The notes: generated by a model not told the origin, from the sequence alone. A stretch of 64,000 nt of DNA from Phaeosaccion multiseriatum (GCA_965112735.1 OZ218953.1:3410001-3474000); one strand, 5' to 3'; positions 1 through 13,403 are shown, numbered from the stretch's first letter. Made by a program: numbers and translations.

Positions 1-877
1 GCCCCTGCTGAGTCCGAGCCCGACACCAGAAGCACCACCACCACCCCTGCCCCTGAGTCCAGCACCACAAGCACCAGCACCACCCCTGCCCCTGAGTCCA
101 GCACCACAAGCACCAGCACCACCCCTGCCCCTGAGTCCAGCACCACAAGCACCGACTCCACCCCTGCCCCTGCTGAATCCGACACCAGAAGCACCACCAT
201 CACCCCTGCCCCTGAGTCCAGCACCACAAGCACCGACACCACCCCTGCCCCTGAGTCCACCACCGGCAACGAATATACCTCGTTGACGCTGGACGACGAT
301 GTCTGTCAGGCGGAGTACGATGCGCTCTCTGCATGTCTTCAGGACGGCTCGTGCCCATGGTGCTGGGATGACCGCGACCAGGACATCGACTCAACGCCTA
401 CGGACATTGCCCCAAATTCTCCATTTTTCTCAGGCCCGGAGTTTAGGACGTTGGCAGACTTCTGCGCAGAGTGAGTTCCATGTGGGGGCAGGGGCGATGG
501 CTTGCGCATGCTCTGCTCTGCTTGGTTGGGTCAAGTACTTACCCCGTGTCCGCCGACTTGCTCCCCTCCCTCCCTCCCTCCCTCCCTCCCACGCGTATAG
601 CACCGGGCACTGCGAACGATTCGCGGAGTCTTACTCCGTCTGCACGGCGTCGGATAGATGGTTGGCTGTCGTTCAGTGCCAGTACCAGGCCATCTGCAGC
701 GCGGCGGGCGTCAGCGTGCCCGACATTGGCGCGTGTGCCGCGGGCACTGTCCGGCAGAGCGACAATGCTGCAGCAGGCCGATTCCCCCCTCTGGGAGGCT
801 ACGGCGTCACACAGGCACTTTCCGCCACCCTCACCGCCGTGCTCTTCCTCAAGGGTCTCCGCTTTGGCGGGTGGTAG
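1..877 (+). CDS. 3' part of a mucin-like S/T/P-rich, Cys-rich surface protein with hydrophobic C-terminus (possible GPI signal); 5' end lies outside the window
   Basis: Frame 1 is open from base 1 (TPAPESSTTSTST repeats), then a Cys-rich segment. GT-AG intron 471-600 joins in frame (GA|C = Asp) to exon 601-877, which ends VTQALSATLTAVLFLKGLRFGGW*. Confidence 0.7.
42..262 (+). repeat. 39-bp coding tandem repeat (~5.5 copies)
   Basis: Unit cacccctgcccctgagtccagcaccacaagcaccagcac encodes TPAPESSTTSTST. Confidence 0.9.
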
Positions 878-1605
878 ACCCGCGCACGGGGGATGGGGAT
901 GTGAGACTGTGAGACTCGGGTTCTTGGGCATTATTTACGTACATGCATTTCCTTATTTTGATTTTTAACTTTTCGAGGGCGGACATGTTGTTTCTTGTGG
1001 ACCTCACTGCCTAATCCAGTGGGTCAAGTAGTTTAGTTTATGGGAGGAACTTGGAGTACCCACTGGCTGATTCCGTCAGTGCGTGCTTCTAACAGGCGGT
1101 GCTTGCGTCACCACGTAATAAACACCACAGTAAACCCTCACCTCACCCCACGGCGTCGCTGCTCGGCGGAAGGGGCTCCGCCCCAGAAACCGCTCTGCAC
1201 GTCCCGATTCTCCGACGACGTTACATGCAGACCCTTTCTCACTGGCACTGCCAGCCAAGACAGCAAAGGGATGGCCTCTCCTCAGGTCCTTCTGGCGAGG
1301 GCTCACTCATGCCCTGTCCAAACAAGTGCACGCCCACCCTCTCTAGGTAGGTACAGCACAGGTGGGGGGGAAGTAGAGCGTGGCCGTGGCCGGTTCCGCC
1401 CGAGCAAAGGGGGCGGGGGGGGGTCCTCAACGGTACCATCCACGGACACACGGGTGAACACGGGAACACGGTGGGTGGGGAGCTTTGGCCTCCACAGTCC
1501 TGACACCCAGTCCTGACCCCCACCTGGGGTGCGATGGCTCCTTCGCTCTACCAATGGTGCTGGCCGTAGGTAGGCGGCCTCGCGCTTACATTCTGTAACT
1601 GTCGC

Positions 1606-3897
1606 TCATCGTCCCTGCGCCTGTGATGGAGGCAGGCTAGAAGGACCGGAAGGCCCTTGCTCCGCGTCAGAAACTGCCTCTGCTGCTAGCCCTTGCTGCA
1701 GTGAGTTGGGTGACCCGTTGGTACCGGCTTGTCCAATGTCTGTGTCTGTCACTACTGCCCGGTCTAAATGCAAGCCGCCCCCTACTGCCAGCGAAGCGGA
1801 GGAAGGAAAGCCCTTGCGCCGAGGGACGCGCATGCGAGGTGCGATCCTGTGCAGACAATGAAACGAAGCAGGAGAGGGAAGGGGAAAGGTGGTTTCAGAA
1901 ACGACGCAGGGGCAAAGCAGGCACCAGCGCTCCTTGTGCCTTACCATGAGGTGTATGTATTAATGTCTCTGATGCACAGAGGCACCGTCACAAGGATGCC
2001 CACAAGAAGGCCCGCCGTCACGTCCGCGGTACCGTGTCTATTGTCGATGCTGTGGAAGCAGAAGCGGAAGCGGGAGTACAGCACACGTCATGCTGCGTCA
2101 GAGCAGCACAAAGAAGAAAGAATAGGAGCGACACTGAAACTCACATTCGTGTGATGGCGATGAAGAAGCTGAGCATCGGAGGGGCCACCACGCCCCAGAG
2201 GGACACGATGGAGTGTAGAAAGGTGCACACATACGGAGGAATGCGTGGGTGTCTACGGGTACGACAGTGGGGAGGGGGGGCGGGGCAGGCAAGATACGTT
2301 GAGCTTTATGCATGACTGTTACCCTCCCTCTCTCTCTCGCTACTCACCGCGCCAGCAGCTTGAGGAAAGCAGTGGGGTCTCTGAAGTGCAGGGACCAGGA
2401 CATGTACACCACCGTGTATGTGGCCACGCTCATGGCGCCAGACGAGTGTCCAGAAGGGAAGGAGCGCCGACCGTCCTTGAGCAGGTCCGAGTCCTGATGC
2501 CGTAGGTCGGTAGGAAGGGAGGGGCGAAGGAATAACAGAGGCGTTGGCATTGTTGTATCCCGGCGACACATGACACATGTTGCGTGAGGTGAGAAGGCAA
2601 ATGGAGCGAAAGTAAGCAACAGCCGCATGACGGGAGCGAATCAGTCAGTAGAGGGCTTTGGAAACATCCTCCCACCTGGACTTTGTCCGCCCCTCTGGAC
2701 TCTCTCTCTCCCCTTTCCCACCATCTCTCAGTCTCTCGGGTCCCTTCTTCTCTGCCTTTCTCACCCTCTCTCTCTCTCTCACCTCCTCTGTGCAAGCCGC
2801 CTCTAAGTCGGGCATACACCGCGACAGAAAGTCCGGCCGCAGAATACCTGTGGTGTACTTGCCAATCTGCGTAAAGAGGATGACCACCAGATACCTGCTC
2901 GTTGACACGCACGCACACACACAACAAGAGCTTAGGGGCCATCCCATCGGGGGAGTGCTTGGGGCAGTGGGCAGGGGCAGGCTACCAAGTCGGGGGAACG
3001 AGGAAAGAAGGAGCACATTCGTCTGGACAAGGGCAAAGTAGCGCAGCAGACAAGGTTGCAAATCAAAAGTCACTCACGTGGTTATCGCATTCAGTACGAA
3101 ATGCAAAACGGCGGCGCACGCGTTGCTACCGCAAATGTGATTGTGACGATACAGACAAACTTCCACGAAGACTGAGGTGATGACGAGGCAAATGAAGGGC
3201 AGCAGGAAGGAGAGCGCGGGAGAGATGGCCTCCTCTTTGTACTGCCGGAGAGCGAAAATGGTGAGGGGAAAGCGTTCGAGCGTGTGAGTGACTCATCTTC
3301 TTGCATGCAAGACACTCCGTCGTCTCAAACACCAACCTCATATCCAATGGTGGGGTCAGTAAGGCTGAAGGTCCGTTCAAAGACCCGAACATTGGAGAAG
3401 GCAATGGCCCCGAGGGGAATGCCCGCCGTCAGCACATTGGCCAGAAGTACCATCCAGCACTGGAGGAAAAACACATAGGTCCACGAGAGACCCCTCACGC
3501 CCCAGCCTTCGGGCGGCTGGGAGGTGGGTTGGGGGAAGGGGAAAAGAGAGGGAGAGGGAGAGGGAGAGAGAGAGAGGAAGATGGAAAGAGAGGGAGAGGG
3601 AGAGGGAGGGAGAGAGCGAGAGGGACGTGGAAAGAGAGGGAGAGGGAGAGGGAGGGAGACAGAAACAATGCGCAGGAGAGAGAAGAGAGATACAGCGTCT
3701 TAGAGATGAGTGAAAGCAACTGTATGCAAGTATCATCTGCAAGAGGAATATGACAATACTTTAGCGAGGAAGACTCATCCCTTGAAGCTCCCTCCACGCC
3801 TTCTTTTCCAAATGTGTATCACTGTAATTGAGTTTACCTTTTCCAAAGGGACAGTTTGCAGCACAGACTCCAGGTACTCGCATCGTTGTGTTGCCAT
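1606..3897 (-). CDS. PAP2-family lipid phosphate/phosphatidate phosphatase (multi-exon; start uncertain)
   Basis: All three PAP2 motifs are recovered across GT-AG exons: KYTTGILRP, SFPSGH and TRIIDNRHGTADV. N-terminal ERTFSLTDPTIGY segment; stop at 1606. Confidence 0.88.
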
Positions 3898-4166
3898 AAT
3901 TGAGCTGTGAGGATCTCGGTGGGGGTCCTGCATCGTAAAGGCTTTGGCTTTTCCTTTTTTTCTCTCCCTTTTCACTTGATCGCCCGCACGCACGTCCCAA
4001 ACTGAAACTGCGAGAATCGTTCCGGCAAACAGGTTTATCCAAACAATACTATGAACAACGCTAAGCATTGGAACACGCTGGCTTACTAGAGGTGGACTCA
4101 GACTACAGGGACCTGGTAGAAGAAAGGATGGGTCGAACTACAGCAGGCGGACGGGGCGGAGAATGA

Positions 4167-6593
4167 ATGAGTACAGCAAGTGAGGACGATGCTGGGAGGC
4201 ACAATAAGGGCCATCCGCGGACACACCTCCTGGCCCACGTGTCCATCGTTTTCTTCTCCATTCCGTTGGGCCTCTCATCGCAGGTACTGCAAGCGTGGAT
4301 CCTTTGGTTGCCGTCATATCAGGAGTGAAGATTAATTTTGCTATTCGACCGTGCATTTGGCAATCGACCCGGGCACCTGCATGTACATGTAACCCCGTTG
4401 CAGGCCAGCCTATGGAGAGCCTTCGCGGCTGCCTCGCACTTGTTTGCAGATGAGGAGGGGGAAGGGGAGGACCTGAAGTCGAGGGGGCTCCGCGCCATTT
4501 CGCAGGGCCTGAATTGGGCCTTTTGGTGTGGGGGTGTCTTCTGCCTCCTCCTCTTGCTCCTCCTGTACGGCGCCAAGGCTCGTCTCTTCTGGGAGGTGGT
4601 GCGGACCGAGTATGCGAGCACACTGCGAAATCCCTTCTTCATGGCCCCGCTGCTAGCAGCCTCCTTGCTGGCCTTGGGCCACCCGCCGGCCGCCGAGTAT
4701 GGGTCCGGCGGAGACGGGGCGAGGGCGAGTGAGGTGTACATGCCAGTCTTCGCAGTGCTGGCGGTCCTCTTTCTCTTTGCCAGCTTCAGTTTCAATGGGC
4801 TTTGGCTTTTCTCCGCGGATGGGGCCTTGACGAGAGCCAACCCGGTCTATCTCATGGCTGGTGCGTATTGGCCCGTATTGACCCGTCTGCCTTGTGCTGG
4901 CCCTACCGTGCGCCCCCTCCCTGAGCCCCTTTTGTTCCCCCTCCTGTCTCCTTGCACAGTGATTGGCAATTTTCTGGTGGCGAACATGGCAGCATCGTTC
5001 CACGACTCATCCCTCTGCGCGCAGGTCGGCCTGCTCTTCTTCTCCACGGGCTGCCTCTTTGCCGTTGTAAGTGAGCAGTCCCACAGCAGCGGCGTGCGCA
5101 AATTGTCCCCAGTGTTCGCTGCTCCTGACACTCACTCACCCACCTCGCTCCCCCAGCTGGCCTACGTGTCCATCTTCCTCAATCTGGCGCGCTCTATGCT
5201 GACGGACGGGTCGATGGGAGCGGCCATGAGCTTGACCAGCGAGGCGCGGCAGGTAGGGAGAGAAAGGTCGTTCCTGGTTCTCTCCCCTCCCTGAAAGGAG
5301 TAATGTGTTCTCACAGAACACGTATGTTGTGTGCCACGCCCCTCCCTGCCTGCCCGGTGCACTCTAAAAAAAAGCTCGCCCGAGAGCGCTCGGCCTCTTT
5401 GGTGGAGGAGTGTGCGTACTTGACGGCAGAGGAGGGCTACGCACACACGCACTTGGTGACCGGCGGACGGGCGTCTAGGGAGTGGCGTAGGGCCGACACC
5501 ACGAGGAGACCACGAACGGGTCGCACGCCCGTCGCTCTCGTCTCACCCACAGGGCCAGTACCGGCGGAACGAGAGAGAGCTGGGGGATTGCGACTGCATG
5601 CACCAGCGACGCGCCTCTTGCGCCCTCAGGACGTGCACGTGCAGCCGCCGGAGCTCATCACCGCTCAGATGCAACCGATACTCTTCCTCCTCATGGTGAG
5701 CCACGAATGGCGCTCCCTCCGTCCGCTCAAGTCTGCAGCGCAACACTGACACTGTGTTGTCTTGCCCGTGTGCCTCCATCCAAACAAGGCCCCGTTCGGA
5801 GCGGCGTCTCTGGCTTGGGGCAGACTGTCCGGCTCATTCGACAACGGCAGCCGCGCGCTGTGCCTCATTGCCCTCTATCTGTACATGTTCCTCGTGAGGC
5901 ACGCGTACCTTTTTGTGGGTGAGTGAGTGAGTGAGTGAGTGAGTGAGTGAGTGCGCGGCGGCAGGTATCTCTCCCAAGCAAGCGGCGCGTGTTTTAACGT
6001 CGCTGGACCGTCGTCCTCTTCCTCTGCCTCACCCTCTCCCCGCGCAGGCATCCCTTTCAGCATCACGTGGTGGGCGCTCTCCTTCCCAACTGCGGTAGTG
6101 GTGAGTGCGTTGGTGACGGCGTCGCGCGCGTGTGTGAAGGAGCAAGGCGCTGACGCCTCCCACCTCCTTTTTGTTGTGTTTCGACACGGCGCCTCAGGCG
6201 CAGGCCACGCTCGCCTACGCGCTCGAGATGGACAGCAAGGCGCTGTCTGTCCTGGCCCTGACGCTGGCCGTGCTGTCTCTGGCAGCTGTGCTGCTGCTGT
6301 GCTCGTTCACTCTTCGCTTGCTGTGGACGGGGGGTTGGGTGCGAGAGGACCCGGCTGTCACGGCGTGCATCCTCGAGAGGGTGAAGCTTGGGCAGCAGGA
6401 AAGAGTGACGAGGCGATGGACCCCAAACGACAACGAAGGAGAGCAGCCGAGGAGCGAGAGCGAGAGGCTGGCGGGAGAAGTCGCAGGAGGCAGGCGTGCA
6501 GAGGCAGCGGCAGTTCGGGACACCGCCGCAGCCCTCTGGGGACAAGGATACTCGGACGACGGCTGCGACGAGGACATGAAAGGAGAGGGGTAG
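4167..6593 (+). CDS. SLAC1/TehA (TDT family) anion channel, multi-exon
   Basis: Spliced product has LLAHVSIVFFSIPLGLSSQ|ASLW, ANPVYLM, VIGNF, QPILFLLM|APFGAASLAW, SFDNGSRALCLIALYLYMFL and FSITWWALSFP, collinear with plant SLAC1/SLAH transmembrane motifs. Confidence 0.85.
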
Positions 6594-7242
6594 TGATGGG
6601 GCTACGTGAGTGGAGGGTGAAGGGTGAGCCTCTCTCCCTTTTGATGACGTAGCTATGCTTGATTGACGTGTGCGTGCGTCATCGCGTCGACCTTTCATAG
6701 ATCGGCATGCCCTAATATGAGCACGGCCTGCTCTTGCTTAACTGCTAACTCCCTTGATCCAAAACGCACCAACCTCTCGCTTTCGCAAGCGAAACGTACG
6801 TGTTGTCTGCCTCTCACACATCACCCCTGCTTTTTTTTTGGGTGCCCCCGACAGAATATAAGTGAGCGGGTTGGCAAAAGTAAAAATACCCCGGGGGCCC
6901 GCATAGACTCTCCTCTCCTTCTGCCCATCTCGTTTGCTCCCCAGTAGACGCTCCTGAGCTGGACTCGAAACAGAAGCCTGCGCCTGAGAGCGCATTGTGA
7001 CGGAGGAAAGGCAGATTGCCAGGTAGAGGAGACCTTGAGTGGAGTAGCAGCGACAGGTTGTGCTGGAGAAAGGGGCTCGCTTGAATATCCGTGCCCAGGG
7101 CTTTAGTGCTTTAGAGAAAGGAAAAGAGGTTCGGAGGAGGGAAGGCGGGGCCTGCCCTGCCCTCAGTCCTCTCTGCTGATGTGACCGTGCTACCTTGGGC
7201 TCTGCTCGGCAGACTCAGGACCCGGGGCAAGAGCAAGCCCAC

Positions 7243-10200
7243 ATGGACGTGCGGGGCCTCACTTCGCCCATGCGTAAGCAGTCTCCGTCCCGAAGGCAGC
7301 TGCATCAGGAACAGAGGAGCCAACCGGGCGGCGGTGGGCATGGCGGGCCTCGACCCCCTCTGTATCACCACGTTCAGCAGCAGCAGCAGCCGCCGCTTCA
7401 CCAGCTCTCCCACCCGCAGCAGCACCAGCAGCAGCAGCCCACACCCCAACAGCAACACGTACTCCAGCAGCAGCTGCATCACCTCCACGGCGCGCAGCAG
7501 CAGCACTACCGAGTGGACCATAGGCTGGAAGCTACCTTTCAGGTTGATCAGCTGCTGGGCTGGCTGCAACCATGCGTAGCTGCGGAGAAGAAGAGAAGGT
7601 ATGCTAGCGCGTCCACAAGTGTGTCTTGTCGACAGGGGGGTGGGGGCAGGGCAGGCTGTGATTTGGAATCACAGAATAGAAGGAGGAGTGGCAGAGCTCC
7701 CACTGCTTCCTGAGTCTGCCCCTCCAACACGGAGGGTAGGGCGAAGCTCGCACATCCACGGAATGTCGTCCGATGGCTTGGGTCGCAAAACCACGGAATG
7801 TCGTCAGTTGGCGCAACGTACTCACAACGCACACCCCCACCCCTCCTGCTCTGTATTATGGCCTCGTTCGCACAGGCAAATCGCGGACCGTATCACCAGT
7901 CTGCTGCAGAAGGAGGTGCCGGCCTGTCGAGTTGTTCCGTCAGGCTCTTTCCTCCTGAAAACATACCTGCCCAGCGGGGACATGGACTTTGTAGTCTTTT
8001 TCCCAACGGCCGGGGGGGAAGAGCTAGGAAGAGGAGGAGGAGGAGGGGGAGGGGCGGGGGGGGGGAGGAGGGGGAGGGGCAAGCAACGGCGGCGGGAGCA
8101 GAAGCAGCAGCAGCAGCATTTGGTGACGCAGCAGCAGCGTGTGGCCGCGCAGCACTTGGCAGTTGTCAACTCTGTGCTGTGCCATGCGGCCTTGGCGGGG
8201 TCGAAGGAGGCATCTGAGATTCGAAATGTGACTCTGGTCAATGCTAGGACCCCGCTCGTCAAACTGGTGAGTCGATGAGTGGGTGGGGTCCGGCACGGGC
8301 CCGGCAGCCGCGGTGGCTCTTCGGGTGCCATCGCCGATTTGCAAGAGACGCAGTCGTCGCTGCTTTTCTTGCCCGTCCACCTGCCCAATGCCAACTGTCA
8401 AAATGTCTGATCTCTTTCCCTTGCGTTGGCCCGCTGCGTTAATTCCTCGCCCTCGTCACAGATGGTACACAACATGTCCGTGGACATGACTGTGAATCAG
8501 CTCGGAAGCGTCGCTACCGTGGTGCTGCTGGAGGAGGCAGAGAGGGAGCAGGAGATACCGCTGCTGCTCAAGCGCTCTCTCTTGCTGCTCAAAGCCTGGT
8601 AAGCTGCTGGGGTAATTGTCTTTACTCAGACGTGGGGGCGGAAGTGGGGCCTTTCTTTCAATTCTCTTGCTATGCTTTTCTCTCGACGAGTCTCCGGGTT
8701 TTTCAAAATTACTGATGCACTCCCCCTCTCTCATGCATGTAGGGCCACTTTCGAAAGCGGAAAGTACGGCTCCGGAGAGCCCATTATGGGCGGCACTGCG
8801 GGCCTGAGCAGCTACGCTCTTAGCGTCATGGTGCTGCACCTCCTGAGGGATCAGCGGCGCGGCTGTGCGGGAAGCGACCACGGCGGCGGCGAGGGGGGAG
8901 CGGAAGAAGATAAGGAGAGCAGCGCAAGCGCGTACTGTGGTGTCATGTCGCCAGGGGGCATCAGCAGCAGCAGCAAGGCGTCGCCGTCCCATGGGCCGCA
9001 GCAGGCGGGGCGGGAGGGCTCGGGTGCTCGCAAGCTGCGTACGCCATTGGACGTTCTCTTGGCCTTCTTCCGCGTGTACAGCGCATTCGATTGGGACCGA
9101 AACGCCGTGGCAGTGGGCGGGGTGGTGCCCTTGAGCGAAATACTCGCCGTCGGCGGCGGAAAGGGGACACCAGAAGTGCCAGGAGCAGGGGCGGAGCAGG
9201 ATTACGCAGCAACGCCAATGGCAGTGGCCGCAGTAGCTGGCGAGTTGGAGATGGCGACTGAGGGTTTCGAGCCCGAGACGGTACCAGCGGTGGCAGAGCT
9301 CATGACTCGATTGCGAGCGATTGTTGCGGGAGGGACGACTGGCGAGGAGCAATCAAATCCTCTGTTGTCTCCGACGGAGCACGAGAGGCGGCAGAGGCAG
9401 GGGCAGCAGCAGGGGCAGCAGCAGGAGCAGCATCCAGAGAAGGAGAAGGAGGGCATCGCCTCCCCGCCCTCCTATGGCTATCCCACGGCCTCTCCGTCGT
9501 CCACCGCCTCGTCTGTGTGCCAGACCCCGCCGAGGTCCCGCTCGCCTGTGTCGCCCTCCCGCCCGGTCCCGATTGTCATGGAGACTGAGCCTGCCATTGC
9601 TTCACCCCCTCGCATCTCCACGACCAAGCACGGGAGGAATTTGCAAGCAGCAGCAGCAGCGGGAGGAGCGGGAGGAGGAGGAGGAGGAGGAGAGACTTTT
9701 TCAAAAAGTAGAGCCTCCCCGGCACGGCTCCGCTCTCCGATACCCGGCACCCCGGGGGGTGGACGCGGTTCGGAGTCGTCGACAGGGTTTCCCGTTCGTG
9801 TGTGCAACATCATTGACCCCCTGGACCCAAATAACAACCTCGGCTACTCGCTCAACTCGCAGAGCTTCGGGCAGTTCAAAAAGGCGCTGGAGGAGGGCAA
9901 GCACCATCTGGAGGGGCTGCTCGGCGTCAGCAGCAATGCGAGTCTGAACCTGCACTTTTTGTACATGCGAGTGTTACAAAAACAGCAGCAGCAGCAGCAG
10001 CAGCATATGCAAAAGCAGCGAGGGGGCGGGGGAGAGGGGCCGACCTCGAGGGTAGGAACCCCTGGAAGAGAGAAGAGTGAAGAGGGAGAAAAAGGAGGGG
10101 ACGGTGGATCGACCCCGCGCATGATGGATTTCTCTTCCACGACTGTAGCGCAAGCACAAGCAGCGGCAGTGGCGGCTGCAGCGGCATCGGGGTACGGAGA

Positions 10201-13035
10201 ATGGCAGCAGCAGCAGCCGCAGCAGCCGCAGCAGCAGCAACAACAACAGCAGCAGCAGCAGCAGCAGCCGCCGCCACCGCAGTGTGCCTGGCCCCCTGTT
10301 GCCGGTGCCAATGCCATTCCGAGTCCGTACCATTCGCAGAGCCCGCAGCAGGTGAGAATATTTGTTTGCCCCCCTTTGTGTCTGTCTGCTCGCCACTAAC
10401 TGAGCACCCCCCCCCCCCCCCCCTCCCCCCTGGGTCGACGCAGTTTCCTTTCCTCGCCTACAATCCGGCAACGCAGGGGCAGTCAGGATTCATTCCACCA
10501 GCATCTGAATCGACAGGGGGGTTTGTGTATACCAACAACCAACATTGCAAGGAGTGCTTGCAGCCACCACAGGCAGCTGGCAGTGTTGGCTGCAGCATTG
10601 GCGGCTGCGGGCAGTTCCACCGGCGCAGCAAGAGCACTACTGTGCTGGCGAATATGAGCGGTGGGAGCGCCATCCCCATGGCACCGCAGAGGCACCACCC
10701 CTTTGTCCAGTCCGCCACTGCGGCGGCGGCGCAGTTCCTCATGAAGCGCAACAGCAACATGAGCATGGCCAGCAACGGCGGTAGCAATGTGAGCAGCGCA
10801 ATGCCCAGTCCTGCGCACAGCGCGCGTAGCCACGCCAGCCCCTCACGTGGAGGTGTGCGCAGCTCAGGAGAGACGGAAGAGCAGCACCAGTACCACGTGC
10901 AGCTGCAGCAGGACGTGCACCAGCGGCTCCAGGGGGGGAAACTGCCCACCATCTCACAGCACTACCACCAGCAGCCTGAGGTTCAAAGGAGGGGCAGCGG
11001 CAGTGACAAGTCCATGGCTGCGAGCAGAGCCCCAAGCATCCCCGCGCCAAGCCCGGTCACTAGCGAGGATGGCTTCTCTTTGGACGGGGAGGGGAGGGGG
11101 AATGGTGGCACCGGTAGTACCGGCAGTAGCGGTAGCAGCACCAGCACCAGCACCAGCACCAGCACCAGCAGCAGCAGTAGCATGGGGGAGGCTGGGGGCA
11201 GCAAAGGCACTGCCAGCGCTGGCACCAAGAGCGGCTTTCAAGGCCTGAGCCGGCGGAGAAACAGTCCCAGCGACTTGACGTGCGTGACGGCGGCGCAGAC
11301 CCCCGCCACGGCCCCGGCACCACCCTGCACACCCCCGCCACGAGGGCCGAGGTCTCGCTCGTCGGAGCGCTACTCCAAGGTCAAGGGGCTCTCGCCACTG
11401 GCACGCACCTTCCGCTCGCCGAAGGGGACGGGAGGAGGGACAGCGGCGGCGCCGAGCAGCTCCTGGTTCCTGGAAGCCTTCTTTCCGAGGTAAGGGGCTT
11501 TTTTTCAATCCTGTCCTCGGGTGTCCTCTGTATGATCTCGTCTGACTTTTTGTTTGTTTATTGTCCTGCTGCTTGTCAAGGTGTGCGCGTGTGCTCGCGG
11601 ACGGCCGCGGTTTCCGAGAGGACCTGCTGGAGCACCCCTGCCAGAACTGGAGCGAGCTGCAGAGCTGTGCGGCGCCGGAGCTGACCGAGGCAGACATGTT
11701 GCTGCAGGGAGACGTGCAGACCATACGACAGGCCCTCGCCACCGCCGTGCAGGTGCGCGTGTGTGTGTATGTATGTATGTATGTATGTATGTATGTATGT
11801 GGGTGTGCAGCGAACGAGTGAATACACTTTCCTGCACGTGATTTTGAAAGCGGACTCTTTCCAAAGACACTGACTCCTGCCCTGCCTTCCTGCCGCCCCC
11901 ACGCACACCACCCACGAACAAACGCCAGACGATGGCCGTCGGTGCTGATGGAGCTACGGAGGAGAATGCTGGGGCCAGCAGCGACGTGTTTCCCTTCTGC
12001 CCGGCGGAGCAGCGGTTGTCTCAGGAGCATCGGGAACGGGATGGAGGGGAGGCCGCTGCGCTGGCGCTCGCTTATCTTCTTGATCCGTCAGAGTCGCCGA
12101 CCCCTGAGAAGGACAGGACACGCGAAGAAGGCGGTTCGAGGGACCTTCGGACGCAGTCCCCTTCCCCTTGCTCCGGCGAGGGCTCTTTCCGAGCAGCGGA
12201 TGAAGAGGACTCTGCAGTCGCGGGAGCAGCAGCAGCCCTGGAGCTCGACGGGGACGGAGAGAACCCCGCGGACGGTTGTTGTAATGGAGACGAGCAGCAG
12301 GAGGAGAGGAGGGAGAAAGGCAAGGGGAAGGGGAAAGGGAGGGGCGAGAGCAAGAGACCGGAGAACAACAACAACAATAATAGTAGTAGCAGCAGCAGCG
12401 ATGCTGGGCGAGGGTCAAGAAAGAAGAAGGTGAGGGGGGGGGGCAGGCGAGCAGGAGGAGGTAAAGACGTGCAGCAACCCGACCTTCCCCCCCGACCAAA
12501 GCCAGCAACTGGGGGCAGAGGAGACTCGACCTCCGGGGGGGAGAGCGCGGCCGCAGGGGGGCAACAACCAACGGCGGAACGCCCCGTGGCAGCAACGTTG
12601 ACGTCTGTGTGGCAGCGTGTGAGGGGCTCTGCTTGCAGAGGAGGGGGCGCCAAGGGAGCCACGGAAGAGCTCCCTCCGCCGCCGCTGGACCCCAGCACGG
12701 TGAAGGACCGCATCCGAGCGGCCAAGGCAGGGGGCGGGCATCGGCGGCGGCACAAGGGCGGCGGCAGCAGCAGCGTTTGGAATCAGAAGCAACGCTTCTT
12801 CCGAGGAGCAGCGTTTGCGTTTGCTGTATGTGTGGGGGCTGTGTGCCTGAGCGGCGACTGCCTGGGGTGGTCCAAGACGCTTTTGCAGCAGTCGGCGACG
12901 AGCGTTCGGCAGGCTGCGTTGGACCTCCTGCTCACGCCCACAGAGAGGCTCATGCTCGAAGTCGCGGCGGCAGCGGCGGCAGCCGAGCGCGTGGAGAGGG
13001 CAGGTGGCGGCGCAGAAGAGCCGGGCCCTGGGTAG
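7243..13035 (+). CDS. Non-canonical poly(A) polymerase / nucleotidyltransferase with PAP/OAS1 substrate-binding domain and very long low-complexity regions
   Basis: Motifs GSFLLKTYLPSGDMD (GS..DxD), VDMTVNQ, LLKRSLLLLKAW, GLSSYAL, TPLDVL..F..YSAFDWD and NIIDPLDPNNNLG. GT-AG introns at e.g. 7599-7875 and 11490-11580. Confidence 0.85.
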
Positions 13036-13184
13036 TCAAATGTGTGATATTAGGAGAGGGGGAGCCTCTGCGACGTTTGGAACATCAGCAGAGGCGGCTG
13101 CCCTTTGGCCTGCAAGGGAGGGTTGTATGTAGAGTACAATAGGTGTATCCACATTTTCACACGGGTGGACAAAACGTAGGGCCC

Positions 13185-13403
13185 AGGGAGGGTACTTTAG
13201 AGTTTAAGGGGGGGGGGGGGGGGGATGAAGGTGTTGTTTGCGAGAAAATACCCAAAACCTAGTTACACCCAAAAGGAACGAAAGATTCGGAGGGTCTTGT
13301 TGCACTCCCCTTACCCACCCCTACCTGGGACGCGTACCCAAAACTGCTCAACTCGGCAATAGGGGGGGGGGGGAGGCTCTGGGCTGCAAGACAACACCCT
13401 TAT
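13185..13403 (+). mobile_element. Possible polypurine tract plus short 3' LTR remnant
   Basis: AAG(n)A tract directly before TGAAGGTGTTGT (13226). Inverted end ACAACACCCTTA (13402). Block flanked by the direct repeat gtagggccc (13176-13184, 13404-13412). Confidence 0.4.

Noticed and set aside
42-262. CRISPR-like array
   Set aside because: Contiguous in-frame coding repeat with no unique spacers, in a eukaryotic context. The 38.1-38.7 kb repeat was rejected for the same lack of spacers.
1359-1526. Possible MITE with caggtggggg/cccccacctg ends
   Set aside because: Only a 10-bp low-complexity inverted match, with no TSD and no second copy in the window.
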